Source of the DNA: a virus
Virus record (IMG/VR): IMGVR_UViG_3300044580_000126
Location: 10,661 to 74,660 of that record
DNA: 64,000 bases
Strand: one strand, 5' to 3'
Shown: one piece after another, positions 8,108-18,868 of the stretch
How the letters are laid out: every line of letters begins with the position of its first letter
How positions within the stretch are numbered: position 1 is the stretch's first letter
Position numbers and translations under genes: made by a program
The notes under the pieces: generated by a model
What the model was told of the DNA's origin: nothing
Seen by the model: only the letters and a program-made list of their open reading frames with translations
The model's database searches: none

Positions 8108-10153
8108 ATGGTTAAAGTCAAAAGTCTGAAAGAAGGTGACCATCCACTTCAACAAGTTTCTGGGATTGGACCAAAAGCTGTTGAAACGTTGGTGGAAGCT
8201 GGAATAGATACGGTAGCTAAACTCGCAATAACACGACCCGAAGAGTTGAAAGAGATTCTTAAAATTACTCTTAAATCTGCTAAAGATTTGGTTGGGATTG
8301 CCAAAGAAATAGCACTCGATGGGGCACTCGTTCCTATGACAGCAAAGATGGTTCTAGAACTACAGAATAAGCAAAAACGAATACCAACAGGTTCTATAGC
8401 ATTGGATAATGTTCTTAAAGGTGGAATTCCTGCTGAAGCTATAACCATCATTAGTGGTGAATATGGTTGCCATAGTGATGATACAAATGTATTAACGCCA
8501 ACAGGTATTGTTTCATGGAAAGATTTGGATATTGGGGATATTGTTTATGGATTAGATAAAAACATGAACGTTATTGAAACCAATATAACAGATAAATTTA
8601 CATACCAATATAATGGCAATTTGAAACACTTTGTATCAAAACGATATGATTTCTTAGTAACTCCAAATCATAAGATGATGGTTAAATCAAACAATGGATT
8701 TGAATATGTAGAAGCGTGTAATATTAACGAAAACCATAAGTTTGTTACAAGTGCTTCGTGGAATGGCAATGATTTACCAGAATATATAGATATTCATAAT
8801 TTTATTCCAACTGAACAACGGCTATTACAATATCCAAATAAATCTCATCCAAAGGAAAATCTGAATCCTATTAAATTAAATGATTTGATAAAACTAATTG
8901 GATGGTATATTACCGAAGGTTCTATATTTAATACATCAAGAGGAATATACGTTCAAATTAGAGAAATGAAATACTTTGATGATGTTAAAACTTTATTGGA
9001 TAATATGGGATTGGATTATTCTGTATATGAAGATACAAAGTTTGTGATATTCCATCAAGATTTAGCTAAGTTTTTAAAATACAATTGTGGTGAATATACT
9101 GAAAATAAACATATTCCAAACTTTATTATGAACTCTTCAATTTCAAATATAAAGCTATTATATGAAACTATGATGCTTGGCGATGGATATTATAGAGGAT
9201 GGTGTTATTATACATCATCTGAAACGTTGAAAATTCAAATGATAAACATTGCTTTAAAAATGGGATATGGCGTATCTGTCAAAGAAAATAAAATGAAATG
9301 CTCTATACTAAATGGTAAAATAATACGACAAACAATGCCTTGCTACACAATACACATGTCTTATAAGTCTATGGGATACATAGATAAAAGATATAATATC
9401 AAAGACGAAAACTATGATGGAATTGTATGGTGCTTTACTACAGAAACATCTAATTTCATAACAGTTAGAAATGGAATTGTGTCTATATCTGGTAATTCTG
9501 GAAAGACTCAGATGTGTTATCAATTTGCTGTTAACTGCATTAAGATGGGTAAAGCTGTAGCATGGATTGAAACAGAATCCAGCACTTTCATAGCATCACG
9601 TATTCTTGAAATAGCAAAGCATAACAATGTTGATATTGATTTAGAAAAGGATATACCATTTGTTATGAAGGCATTGCAGATTGAAACCCCTTATAACATG
9701 TTTCTATCGTATGAGATATTGAAGAAGTATGTTAAAGAGCATAATATCAATCTTGGATTGCTTGTCATTGATTCGTTCTCAGCAAAGTTTAGATCGTTCT
9801 TTACTGGTCGTGAGCAGTTGCCATCTAGAAGTGTAGAGGAAGCAAGACACTTTGGTTATCTCGATAGGATATGTTCTGAATTGAATTGTGCTGTTGTTCT
9901 TACAAATCAGGTTATGGATACTCCTGATACTGGTGGTCAACTGCATAATATAATGAAGACTGGAACGAGGAAGGAGATTTGTGGTGGCAACATTCTTAAG
10001 CATAGCGGAACATACCTTCTTCAAGTAGCAAAAACAAAATCAGATGAGTGGACTTGTTATATTCAAGACACACCAGATATTCCATTCACATCAGTTCAGT
10101 TTAGGATATTGGGCAGTGGAATTAAAGATGTAGTTGGGAAGGATGGGATATAG
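8108..10153 (+). CDS. radA: Archaeal-type recombinase RadA containing one intein
   Basis: N-terminal HhH (GIGPKAVETLVEAG), IPTGSIALDNVLKGGI, Walker A GEYG|SGKT split by the intein, Walker B LLVIDS, VVLTNQV, GGNILKH. Confidence 0.93.
   Translation: MVKVKSLKEGDHPLQQVSGIGPKAVETLVEAGIDTVAKLAITRPEELKEILKITLKSAKDLVGIAKEIALDGALVPMTAKMVLELQNKQKRIPTGSIALDNVLKGGIPAEAITIISGEYGCHSDDTNVLTPTGIVSWKDLDIGDIVYGLDKNMNVIETNITDKFTYQYNGNLKHFVSKRYDFLVTPNHKMMVKSNNGFEYVEACNINENHKFVTSASWNGNDLPEYIDIHNFIPTEQRLLQYPNKSHPKENLNPIKLNDLIKLIGWYITEGSIFNTSRGIYVQIREMKYFDDVKTLLDNMGLDYSVYEDTKFVIFHQDLAKFLKYNCGEYTENKHIPNFIMNSSISNIKLLYETMMLGDGYYRGWCYYTSSETLKIQMINIALKMGYGVSVKENKMKCSILNGKIIRQTMPCYTIHMSYKSMGYIDKRYNIKDENYDGIVWCFTTETSNFITVRNGIVSISGNSGKTQMCYQFAVNCIKMGKAVAWIETESSTFIASRILEIAKHNNVDIDLEKDIPFVMKALQIETPYNMFLSYEILKKYVKEHNINLGLLVIDSFSAKFRSFFTGREQLPSRSVEEARHFGYLDRICSELNCAVVLTNQVMDTPDTGGQLHNIMKTGTRKEICGGNILKHSGTYLLQVAKTKSDEWTCYIQDTPDIPFTSVQFRILGSGIKDVVGKDGI
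8468..9496 (+). mobile_element. Intein with LAGLIDADG homing endonuclease in the RadA P-loop (343 aa)
   Basis: Starts CHSDDT, VTPNH block B, LIGWYITEG and MMLGDG, ends ISGN|S. Confidence 0.93.
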
Positions 10154-10193
10154 AAACGCTTATATCTATATCCTATATATAATATAAAAAAAT

Positions 10194-11195
10194 GTGATAT
10201 ATATGTCAACAATGTTGAAAGATATACCTTCAAAATATAGGGAGCTTATCCCTAAGATAGCAGAGAAAATCGGAACAACCGATGATGAGATTAGAAATAC
10301 GTTGCTAATGCATCATACTGAACTTATAGATTCAAATTTGAACATTGACAAGAAACGGTTGTGGGAAGCTTCTTGGAAGAAGACAATTGCGGATTTGTCT
10401 AAGGTTTTTGGTAGCACCCGATCTCCAGCAATGGTAAAATACGTATTCGTTATTGGCGAATCAGGTATTCAAGACGGAATGTTTAGGTGGAGGAAGAGAG
10501 CAGAGGAAGCTGGAATGATTATTGATGGGGTAATGCATGATCCAAGAGAGTTGGTCTATGGTAGAAAGAATGACAATTACGGGCAACCAGTTAAACCAGA
10601 ATGGGAACGTGAGATATTTGTAGTCGCATCAGATACACAAGACTTTGAGAAGTGCGAGGTTGCAGTTTTGAAGGCAAGAGGCGAAGTTGCCCAATCTCTT
10701 TCTGGAACATTTAAGGGATGGGGATATTACAAGGTAAGGGTTGGAATACCGAAGACAACTAAGAAGATGAACAAGGATATTAGGAATTCATACAACCTAA
10801 CGATGGCAAGTCGTTTTCTTACAATACAACCAATGATTGAGCAGGAAGAGATACTTACAAAGATAAACTTCATAGACATCTTTGAACTTAGCGAATACGT
10901 TGAGAAATTCAAGGATAAGAAACCATTCGAGCAACCAATTTTTGCAGTTCGTGGAAACGTTTCAAGGGTTCAAAGGCAACCGAGGGAAGAATTTGACACT
11001 CGACTGATAAACATTACTGATGATGAGATGAACGTTGCTGTCGTATCTTTGCCAAAGATAATTCCTTTTATGTATGAGGAAGGAACTGAGGTTGTGTTCT
11101 TTGGTAGTGTTTCCATAGATAAGAATTCCAATTATAAGATACGTGCTGTCGGATATATGTTGGGTGGCTTGGTTTTCGAATACCAAGCACCTTAA
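10194..11195 (+). CDS. Putative OB-fold ssDNA-binding (RPA-like) protein
   Basis: C-terminal AVRGNVSRV...INITDD...EGTEVVFFGSV pattern; lies between radA and polB. Confidence 0.55.
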   Translation: MIYMSTMLKDIPSKYRELIPKIAEKIGTTDDEIRNTLLMHHTELIDSNLNIDKKRLWEASWKKTIADLSKVFGSTRSPAMVKYVFVIGESGIQDGMFRWRKRAEEAGMIIDGVMHDPRELVYGRKNDNYGQPVKPEWEREIFVVASDTQDFEKCEVAVLKARGEVAQSLSGTFKGWGYYKVRVGIPKTTKKMNKDIRNSYNLTMASRFLTIQPMIEQEEILTKINFIDIFELSEYVEKFKDKKPFEQPIFAVRGNVSRVQRQPREEFDTRLINITDDEMNVAVVSLPKIIPFMYEEGTEVVFFGSVSIDKNSNYKIRAVGYMLGGLVFEYQAP

Positions 11196-11228
11196 CTTTT
11201 TTATTATTTAAAAAATGAGGAATAAAAA

Positions 11229-12110
11229 ATGAGAGATATGTCAATAATCGAACTTGAACTTCTGAGAGAGGAGAATGTTCCGATAGAAAAGCTAAGAATA
11301 GCTCCAACTAACAATAGGGTATTCATTCCTGAAAGTAGTGATATCTGGAAAATGCTTGAAGATTCTATTAGAGCAGTTGGGGTAACTGATCCTATTTCGC
11401 TTAATGAAGATTATGAAATTGTTTCAGGGCAACTAAGATATCTCATATCAAAGAAGCTTGGTAAGCCATCAGTTCCATCTAATATTTATAGGTTTAAATC
11501 AAAATATCATGAACGAATCTATAGCATTTTGATGGATACGTGCAGGAATCCTCTTGTTGATGTGGATAAATATAACTTTGTAAAAAATGCAATTGAGAAT
11601 GATAAAAAATCAGTTGACGAACTTTCTCTCGATACAGGAATACCAATTTCAACATTGAGAAGTTGGTACACTCATGGAAAAACACCAGATGTTATTACGG
11701 ATATAAATGAGGAAATGAAAAATAAATCTGAGGTTGAACGTAAGGAGGCTCAACAAGCAATAGATACCTATATGAAGGGTGGAATAAAGGCAAAAAGGGC
11801 TGGAGATAGACTACTTAATAGAGAACCATTTAAAAATAATCCAAAACAAGCACTCGAATTTATTAAAGTCACTCCAAAGATGCCTCTTAGACAGGTTGAA
11901 AATCTTGTTAAAAAGATAGATTCAGGGATTGAGATTGATTTTGAGAAAGAGAAGGAAATGATGGAAATCAAGACAGAACTTTGGAATTTGAGAATTCCGA
12001 TTGAGGACAAGAACACGCTATTTGCTATTTGCAAAGAGAAGAAGCTTGACCCTGATGAAATCATATTGAAGTTGATAAAACTCTATATTGAAGACAAAGT
12101 GCAACTATGA
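11229..12110 (+). CDS. ParB/Sulfiredoxin-domain protein with HTH
   Basis: LEDSIRAVGVTDPISL...IVSGQLRY; HTH VDELSLDTGIPISTLRSW. Confidence 0.8.
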   Translation: MRDMSIIELELLREENVPIEKLRIAPTNNRVFIPESSDIWKMLEDSIRAVGVTDPISLNEDYEIVSGQLRYLISKKLGKPSVPSNIYRFKSKYHERIYSILMDTCRNPLVDVDKYNFVKNAIENDKKSVDELSLDTGIPISTLRSWYTHGKTPDVITDINEEMKNKSEVERKEAQQAIDTYMKGGIKAKRAGDRLLNREPFKNNPKQALEFIKVTPKMPLRQVENLVKKIDSGIEIDFEKEKEMMEIKTELWNLRIPIEDKNTLFAICKEKKLDPDEIILKLIKLYIEDKVQL

Positions 12111-14736
12111 CGGAGGATTTCATATGTTGCATTTTTCAATATCTAAGACAACCTATACTATAGAGCACGACATGCCAGTAATCCTAATGTTTGCAAGGTG
12201 TGTTGAATCTAATAAAAAACATTTATTTAAGATACCGTATAAGCCACGATTCTTTGTTAAGCAATTTGATGTTGCAAGGATAAAGGATTTGTTAGAACGG
12301 GATTATGCAAAGAGAATTGAAAAGTTTCATAAAACGAATGATTATAGTGTAGTTGAATCATCGCTTAAGAAAATGGTTACTGAGATAGTTGATTGTGATA
12401 AAATAACATATCCTTTAGGAAAAGCATCTGCGATATATTGTGCATATCCTAGGCAAGTTGGAAGAGTTAAAGCATTTTTAGAGGCGCAATACATACGAAC
12501 TTATGAAGGGGATTTGCCGTTTTATCTAAGATTCTTAATAGACCATAATATTAAAACTGGATTTAAATTAAATTGTGATTATGTTTCTGATGTTCAATAT
12601 TTAGAAGCAGAAGAAATGATAGCCGATGATGATATAAAGACAAATACATTTTCTGCTTATGTTGATATAGAATGTTATTCTGAAAGTGAAAAGAACTTTA
12701 GAGAATATAAAGCACCTATCATTATTGTTGGAATATATAATCCTGTTGATAATACATATAATGAATTTTATAGTGGATCAAAAGTTAATGTTAATTACAA
12801 ATTTGTTTCAAAAAGCAATTTGGTGTTGATTGATACAGCAGATGAAAGAGATTTATTAATAAAAGTTAGAAATTATTTAGTTAAAAACCAATTTGATTGT
12901 ATAGTTTCATATACAGAGTTTGACTTTGATTATATTCTTAGAAGAATGAAAGAAAATGCAATTGATACGTATGAACTAAGTAAACTACATAAAATATTTG
13001 AAAGATATAAAGATAATCAGATAGTTAATAGAGATGGAATGGTAATTAGCAAAACTAAGAAGTTAGTTAGAATTGAAGTTCCAGATATTGAAATTCTTGA
13101 CTTGGCAGAAATATATAAGAAGTTCAAAGGAGAACCAACATGGGATACATTGGGTCATGTTGGAGAATTAGAGATTGGTCTTGGAAAATTAGATATGCAT
13201 GGTATTAGCAAAACATGGGATAATGACAAAGCAGAAGTTTTAACTTATAATATCCGTGATGTAGAAATAATGGTAGAACTGGAAAAGCAGAAAGGATATA
13301 TTCGTTCTTTTAACGACATCATTAGAAGAGTTGTTGGATGTAACTATCCTCATGCATTAGTATCTAATAAAATTGGAGATATATTATATTTAAGGTTGGC
13401 TAAATCATTAGGATATGTTTTAAATAGTAAATCACTTTATAAGAGTATGGATGTATCATCTTATATTGGAGCAGTTGTTCTTAAACCAGAAAAGGGTATA
13501 TTTAAGAATGTTGTAACTCTCGATTGGTCCGAACTATATCCAAGCATTATTGAAACATTAAATATTGGATGGAACACTTATCGTGGAGAAAAATCTGATG
13601 TAACTATTACAAATATCTATGAGGAAAAGGAAGTTCCAACATCTGTTAATTTCTCTCTTGATGAGGTTAGTTGGACTACACAAATTATGAAACCTCTAAG
13701 GGAATATAGGAAGCAAGTCAAGAAACAATTAAAAGCTGAAACAAATCCAGAAAGAAAGAAAGAATTAAAAACAATGAGCACCGCAATAAAGATTCCAATC
13801 AACGCCATGTATGGGGCTTATGGATATGCAGGTGATCCAGAACGACATACTCCAGCATCAAGATTCTATTCTCCACCTATTGCAAGTGCTGTAACAATAG
13901 CTGGAAGAATGATAGAGGAAGAGGGTGCTAGATACATTAATGAGCTTGGATATAAGGTGTTGTTGGGAGATACAGATTCATTATTTGTATTATTGAAAAC
14001 AAGTGATGTAGAAAAGGAATCAGAGGAATTGCGGAATAAGCTTGAGATACATATTAGGGATTATATTAAAAATACATGGAAAAATATTAATAATATTGCT
14101 TTCAATGTAGATATTGATAAGATGAATAAAGCGATTATTTTATTTGGAATTAAAAAACGATATCATACACCAGATGAAATGAAAGGTATTGAAGCAGTTA
14201 GAAAAGATGTAGCTGATTTAACTGTAAAGATGGAGATAGACGTTGGCAATATGATGTTAGAGGGGGAAAAGAAAAATAAGATAATAGATTATGTAAAAAA
14301 CAATATTAACTTGATGATAAATAAAGCAATGCCATTGAATATGATTATGGTAAAAGGGAAATGCAGTAAAGAAAAATATGATAATGAAAATAGAAATCTT
14401 AAAGCTATGATTTGTGGAAATGCATTATTTAAGTCAAATATTGAAGTGGGAGAACGTTTCTATTGGATATATGTTAAGCCAACAACGGAGAAAATACCAA
14501 GTATATCAAAGAAACTATCTGGAACTACAAAAGTAGATGTAGTAGCATCAGAATGTCCATCAGTTCCAAGACATTATATAAATAAAATAGATTGGGAAAG
14601 AATGACTAAATATACGATATTATCACCGTTGAAGAAATATATGGAATTGTTAAACGTTGATATTCAAAAACTATATAACGAATCAAAGATTGAATATGAT
14701 GTAAAGCATAAACAATCTTTAAATTGTTATATGTAA
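12088..14736 (+). CDS. polB: Family B DNA polymerase (probable start ATG 12124)
   Basis: Exo motifs DIE, FDFDYI, YNIRDV; polymerase motifs LDWSELYPS, KIPINAMYG, GDTDS, KKRY, KGIEAVRKD. Confidence 0.96.
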   Translation: MKTKCNYDGGFHMLHFSISKTTYTIEHDMPVILMFARCVESNKKHLFKIPYKPRFFVKQFDVARIKDLLERDYAKRIEKFHKTNDYSVVESSLKKMVTEIVDCDKITYPLGKASAIYCAYPRQVGRVKAFLEAQYIRTYEGDLPFYLRFLIDHNIKTGFKLNCDYVSDVQYLEAEEMIADDDIKTNTFSAYVDIECYSESEKNFREYKAPIIIVGIYNPVDNTYNEFYSGSKVNVNYKFVSKSNLVLIDTADERDLLIKVRNYLVKNQFDCIVSYTEFDFDYILRRMKENAIDTYELSKLHKIFERYKDNQIVNRDGMVISKTKKLVRIEVPDIEILDLAEIYKKFKGEPTWDTLGHVGELEIGLGKLDMHGISKTWDNDKAEVLTYNIRDVEIMVELEKQKGYIRSFNDIIRRVVGCNYPHALVSNKIGDILYLRLAKSLGYVLNSKSLYKSMDVSSYIGAVVLKPEKGIFKNVVTLDWSELYPSIIETLNIGWNTYRGEKSDVTITNIYEEKEVPTSVNFSLDEVSWTTQIMKPLREYRKQVKKQLKAETNPERKKELKTMSTAIKIPINAMYGAYGYAGDPERHTPASRFYSPPIASAVTIAGRMIEEEGARYINELGYKVLLGDTDSLFVLLKTSDVEKESEELRNKLEIHIRDYIKNTWKNINNIAFNVDIDKMNKAIILFGIKKRYHTPDEMKGIEAVRKDVADLTVKMEIDVGNMMLEGEKKNKIIDYVKNNINLMINKAMPLNMIMVKGKCSKEKYDNENRNLKAMICGNALFKSNIEVGERFYWIYVKPTTEKIPSISKKLSGTTKVDVVASECPSVPRHYINKIDWERMTKYTILSPLKKYMELLNVDIQKLYNESKIEYDVKHKQSLNCYM

Positions 14737-14751
14737 TAATTAATATGGTGT

Positions 14752-15810
14752 TTGCTTATGGTTGACGTTAAAGCACTAATTTTAAAATATAGAATAATGG
14801 ATAAGAAAAATGTTATTGGTTATTCGAACACTCTTGTTCCAAAAATAGTTAACGGTAAGCAGGATAAAGGTAATTTGGTTGTTCGTATATATGTTTCTAA
14901 GAAAGAACCTATGGCAATGCTAAATCTTAATGATTTAATTCCTTGTAGTGTAGTTGAATTAACGACAGCTATTCAAACTGATATTGTAGAGATTGGTGCT
15001 GTTACTGCTCCGCCTAAGTTCAATGTTAATATTAAAGATGAAAAACCAGATAAAACTAAAACAATTAGACCTGTTAGATTAGGGCTTTCTGTTGGACATT
15101 GGGAAATTACAGCAGGGTCTATCGGAATGATATACAAGGATAAGAATGGAAAAATACTTATTGGTAGCAATGCTCACGTTCTTACAAATGATCCAAGCAA
15201 ATCACCTGAACAAATAACAGAAAAAAGGATATGCCAATGTGGACCTTACCATGATAGTGCAAATAAAGAGGCAAATGTAGCTGGAACGTATGTTTGGCAT
15301 AAGCAAATTTATCCGACTGGAACATCTCCATGCCCCGTTGGTAACAATAGTGCTAAGATATTGAATATTATACCAAAAATATTTGGGAGGAGAGGAAGAT
15401 TCCACTATACAAATGTTGAAGAGAATAAGATAGATTTTGCTGTATATGAACCTTTAGTAGAACATATTCCAGAGGTGCTTGATGGATGCATGAAACAAGA
15501 GGACAAATTCATAGGTCACCTATTCGGTGGGTCGGAAACGATAGGTGTAATATGCAAAGTTGGAAACATTCTAACAGAAGGATACGAACCAGTAATACCT
15601 TACACTACAGAAATAAACATTGGTGATAAAGTGAAGGGTTGTAGTTTTTGGGAACAATGCTATACAACTGAAGTAACAGATACTAATGCTGTTATTACTG
15701 TAAACTATGGAAACTTCATTGCTACATTCTCAGATATGATATTAGTGAAGAACGATAATGTAATTCGAGGAGGGTTTAGTGGTAGCGGATGGAGATTGGT
15801 TGGTGGTTAG
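14752..15810 (+). CDS. Trypsin-like (Nal1-type) serine protease
   Basis: SVGH...TAGSIG, SNAHVL (His), IDFA (Asp), GGFSGS (Ser); N-terminal VIGY...RIYVSKK...TDIVEIG domain. Confidence 0.7.
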   Translation: MLMVDVKALILKYRIMDKKNVIGYSNTLVPKIVNGKQDKGNLVVRIYVSKKEPMAMLNLNDLIPCSVVELTTAIQTDIVEIGAVTAPPKFNVNIKDEKPDKTKTIRPVRLGLSVGHWEITAGSIGMIYKDKNGKILIGSNAHVLTNDPSKSPEQITEKRICQCGPYHDSANKEANVAGTYVWHKQIYPTGTSPCPVGNNSAKILNIIPKIFGRRGRFHYTNVEENKIDFAVYEPLVEHIPEVLDGCMKQEDKFIGHLFGGSETIGVICKVGNILTEGYEPVIPYTTEINIGDKVKGCSFWEQCYTTEVTDTNAVITVNYGNFIATFSDMILVKNDNVIRGGFSGSGWRLVGG

Positions 15811-16044
15811 ATGAGGAGAATAATTAGATTGATGGTCGCATACGGACCAGCTATTTTTTCTGCTTCTGTATTCTTTATTGGTTTAGGAATATCTCTACAC
15901 GATTTTGCTCATCATCTATGGCAATTAGGTGGGATAGAGGAAATCATTGGATTGCATGGAGGATATATCGGATATATCTTTATGGCAATAGCATTTATAT
16001 TTCTGTTGATACTAGGTAATACTGAAGGTTGTGATAATAAATGA
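15811..16044 (+). CDS. Small two-TM membrane protein
   Basis: Two hydrophobic segments. Confidence 0.6.
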   Translation: MRRIIRLMVAYGPAIFSASVFFIGLGISLHDFAHHLWQLGGIEEIIGLHGGYIGYIFMAIAFIFLLILGNTEGCDNK

Positions 16045-17438
16045 GTATTTTATATGATGTCGCTACTAGTATCATGCGTAAGGAGAATCAATTAATTTCT
16101 GATATATACAAATCACAAAGTTTTAAACTATCACAAAAAGAATCAGAAGATACTCAGATAGCAATTTTAGATGAAAGAATAAAGTCGTTTGTTTCTTCTA
16201 ATAAATTAGAAACTTTATTCAAAAGTGATCCCCTTATTTTTAGAACAATTCACGACATAGTATTGAATTTATGTTCATCATACTTCTTAGACGATATAAA
16301 GGGATCCAAGAAGTCTGAAGTTGAAGAACTTGATAAATGGTTGAACGATGTTGGATTTGCCTTTAAATGCCAAGATGGTATTCAAGATATTTATGTGAAC
16401 GGTAATTGGTGGGTAGAGATTGTTGCTGATGGAAATAATGTAAAGCTTAGTCATATAAATCCTAAAACTATGGATTTTTTAAGGGATAATAAAACTAATG
16501 ATGTTTTAATTGACGATGATGGGAAACCAACCGCATATGTTCAAACTGTAAATGGAGTTAAAATTATATGGTATAAAAATAAGGTTGTTTCTGAAAAAGA
16601 TGATACTATTATAAAAGTATCAACTGGAAATGATGATTTAAGGGATTATATATGTCATTTTAAATTATTTGGTTTTGGAGAATCTGAGTTGGGAATATCT
16701 CCGTTAGTTCCAACTTATAAGTCGGCTTTGATACGTGGTAATTTATCTGATATGATAGGGGAAGCTGGATTTAAAGGTGGAGGTATTGTTGCTTATACCG
16801 AAGGAGTAATTCCAGAACCGCAAAGAAATGCATTGTTAGATGATTTAAAGAATATTAATACAAGAAATATATTTGTAATGTCTAATAAGGTAAAGCTTGA
16901 TACTATTCCAATTCCTTCAACTGAAGGTAGAGAAAAGTTAATATACTATTATGCAGATGAGGTTTGCACAGGAATAGGAGAGCCATTAGCGTTGATTATG
17001 AGCAATGTCGATATGAATAGCGGTGAACGGGAGATACTGAGTGCAAAGTTTGAGGAAAGTTGTAAACCGTTACAAGAACGTTTATCTTATCAAATAAGAG
17101 ATAAAATATTCAAGAAGATATGGGAATTAAAGGGATTTAAGGGTGAGATTCCGAATATTGTATTTGCAGAGAAAACTCCGTATGCTAAAATGAATAGAAG
17201 TAGAACAATTGCAGTTTTAGCAAGGAATCAAGTTATAATTCCTGATCCATATCTTGAGAAGCAACTAAGGAAGGAATTTGATTTAACAATTGAAGGCATG
17301 GATAATAAGATTGAGCAATGGGAAAAGGATCAAATAACTAAGCAAAATGAACCACAAGAGCAACCTATACCAACTAATTCTAAACAAGTTACTGGAAAAT
17401 TCAAACCAAATAAAAATAACAAAAAAGGAATAGAGTAA
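16041..17438 (+). CDS. Portal protein
   Basis: DIYVNGNWWVEI, HINPKTM, ICHFK...GISPL, CTGIGEPLALI; size and layout typical of portals. Confidence 0.8.
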   Translation: MSILYDVATSIMRKENQLISDIYKSQSFKLSQKESEDTQIAILDERIKSFVSSNKLETLFKSDPLIFRTIHDIVLNLCSSYFLDDIKGSKKSEVEELDKWLNDVGFAFKCQDGIQDIYVNGNWWVEIVADGNNVKLSHINPKTMDFLRDNKTNDVLIDDDGKPTAYVQTVNGVKIIWYKNKVVSEKDDTIIKVSTGNDDLRDYICHFKLFGFGESELGISPLVPTYKSALIRGNLSDMIGEAGFKGGGIVAYTEGVIPEPQRNALLDDLKNINTRNIFVMSNKVKLDTIPIPSTEGREKLIYYYADEVCTGIGEPLALIMSNVDMNSGEREILSAKFEESCKPLQERLSYQIRDKIFKKIWELKGFKGEIPNIVFAEKTPYAKMNRSRTIAVLARNQVIIPDPYLEKQLRKEFDLTIEGMDNKIEQWEKDQITKQNEPQEQPIPTNSKQVTGKFKPNKNNKKGIE

Positions 17439-17439
17439 T

Positions 17440-18594
17440 ATGGTAGACACTTGGAAGCAAATTGGAAAAGATAAACTTAGTAAGTTATACTATGAAGATG
17501 GACTATCTATATATCAGATAGGTGAAATGTTTAATGTAGATGGGTCAACTGTAAGAAGGAAAATGATAAAGTATCATTTGAAACGGGATCACCCTATAGT
17601 TCAACGACAACGAGATGAATATGATGATATAAAGCAAGTCCCAACATTTTTTATGGAGTATGATAAAATTCCGAGGGAGAACATATCAATACCTATTCCA
17701 ATAAAAGCAATTGGTTCAAAAGAACCTCAAGATGCCACAATCACTATAGTTCTATCAGATTTGCACTTAGCTCATTCTGATTTTCTTCCAGAAACATATG
17801 AATCAACAATTGGAACGACTGTAGAGATTTTGAAGAAAATGAAGGAAATGTTTAATATTAAAGCGGTTAACGTTGTGCTGAATGGTGATATTGTTTCAGG
17901 TAAGGGTGTATATCCACTTCAAGAATTGGATAATCTGTTGTCAAGAGGTCATTGGCAAGTATTCTTAGCAGAAATCATTTTGAAAGAAACGTTTGATGCT
18001 ATAGAGAAGGTTATTCCAATAAATAATGTTCATCTCGTTAGAGGAACACATGATTCTATATCTGAGAATTATCTGTTGTATCTAAAGAGAACTCTCGTTG
18101 GAAATGGATATAATGTGTTTTATTGTGGAAGTGGGTTTGTAAAGAATATTGCAGAACCAATTGGAACTTATAATGTATTCTTTACACATGGGAGAGGAAG
18201 TTCTGAATATTCTCCTATCTCTACTGTAATGGTAAGGGATTTATGGAAAGCATTTAACCAATATAAGCTAAAAGATATTCCTATTGAAAGGGCATGCACA
18301 TCACATACTCATTGGATATCAACAAATATTGATATAGAGGGAATGATTGTTGATGTAACTGGTGGGTTCCAACGATGGTCTAAATCTCAATCTCAACGAC
18401 CTTGCGGATTGATAATGTATCTATACACTATGGGGGAAACATCTTCTATTGCAGTTAGACCAAACATTGAGATTGAAAGCAGGGAGAAATCTGAAACTGG
18501 ATTAGAGTATAAGAATATATCGTATTATGGAACAAAGTTACAAAAGCATCTTAGTGAAGTAGAGGGTTTACTAAATGAATCAAACAAAAAATAA
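17440..18594 (+). CDS. HTH plus calcineurin-like metallophosphoesterase
   Basis: N-terminal HTH (LSIYQIGEMFNVDGSTV); SDLH, NGDIV, GTHD, THG, SHTH. Confidence 0.8.
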   Translation: MVDTWKQIGKDKLSKLYYEDGLSIYQIGEMFNVDGSTVRRKMIKYHLKRDHPIVQRQRDEYDDIKQVPTFFMEYDKIPRENISIPIPIKAIGSKEPQDATITIVLSDLHLAHSDFLPETYESTIGTTVEILKKMKEMFNIKAVNVVLNGDIVSGKGVYPLQELDNLLSRGHWQVFLAEIILKETFDAIEKVIPINNVHLVRGTHDSISENYLLYLKRTLVGNGYNVFYCGSGFVKNIAEPIGTYNVFFTHGRGSSEYSPISTVMVRDLWKAFNQYKLKDIPIERACTSHTHWISTNIDIEGMIVDVTGGFQRWSKSQSQRPCGLIMYLYTMGETSSIAVRPNIEIESREKSETGLEYKNISYYGTKLQKHLSEVEGLLNESNKK

Positions 18595-18844
18595 AAAGTT
18601 TTGTGCTATACCATTAAACGAAAAAATACAAGATATGCAATATTTAAATTCGTTAGGGGAAAGAAATCGGAAGTATATTGATTGTATTAAACAAATGATT
18701 CCAGAAAATGAACTATGCCAATTTACATCAATAACAACCGCATACAAAGAGGCAAGATATAGATATATAAAACAAAATATATCTATAGATAATCAAAATG
18801 ATTACATTGATAAGAAACGACCTATCTTTTGGGATTATGTTTAA
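18575..18844 (+). CDS. Hypothetical protein
   Basis: ORF in operon context. Confidence 0.5.
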   Translation: MNQTKNKKFCAIPLNEKIQDMQYLNSLGERNRKYIDCIKQMIPENELCQFTSITTAYKEARYRYIKQNISIDNQNDYIDKKRPIFWDYV

Positions 18845-18868
18845 AAAGATGCATATCCCCTTTTTTTA

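Noticed and set aside
13800..13870. Intron or intein in PolB (short GDPERHTP insertion after YGAYGYA)
   Set aside because: In frame, no stop, no BHB geometry and no intein motifs; most likely a loop insertion.
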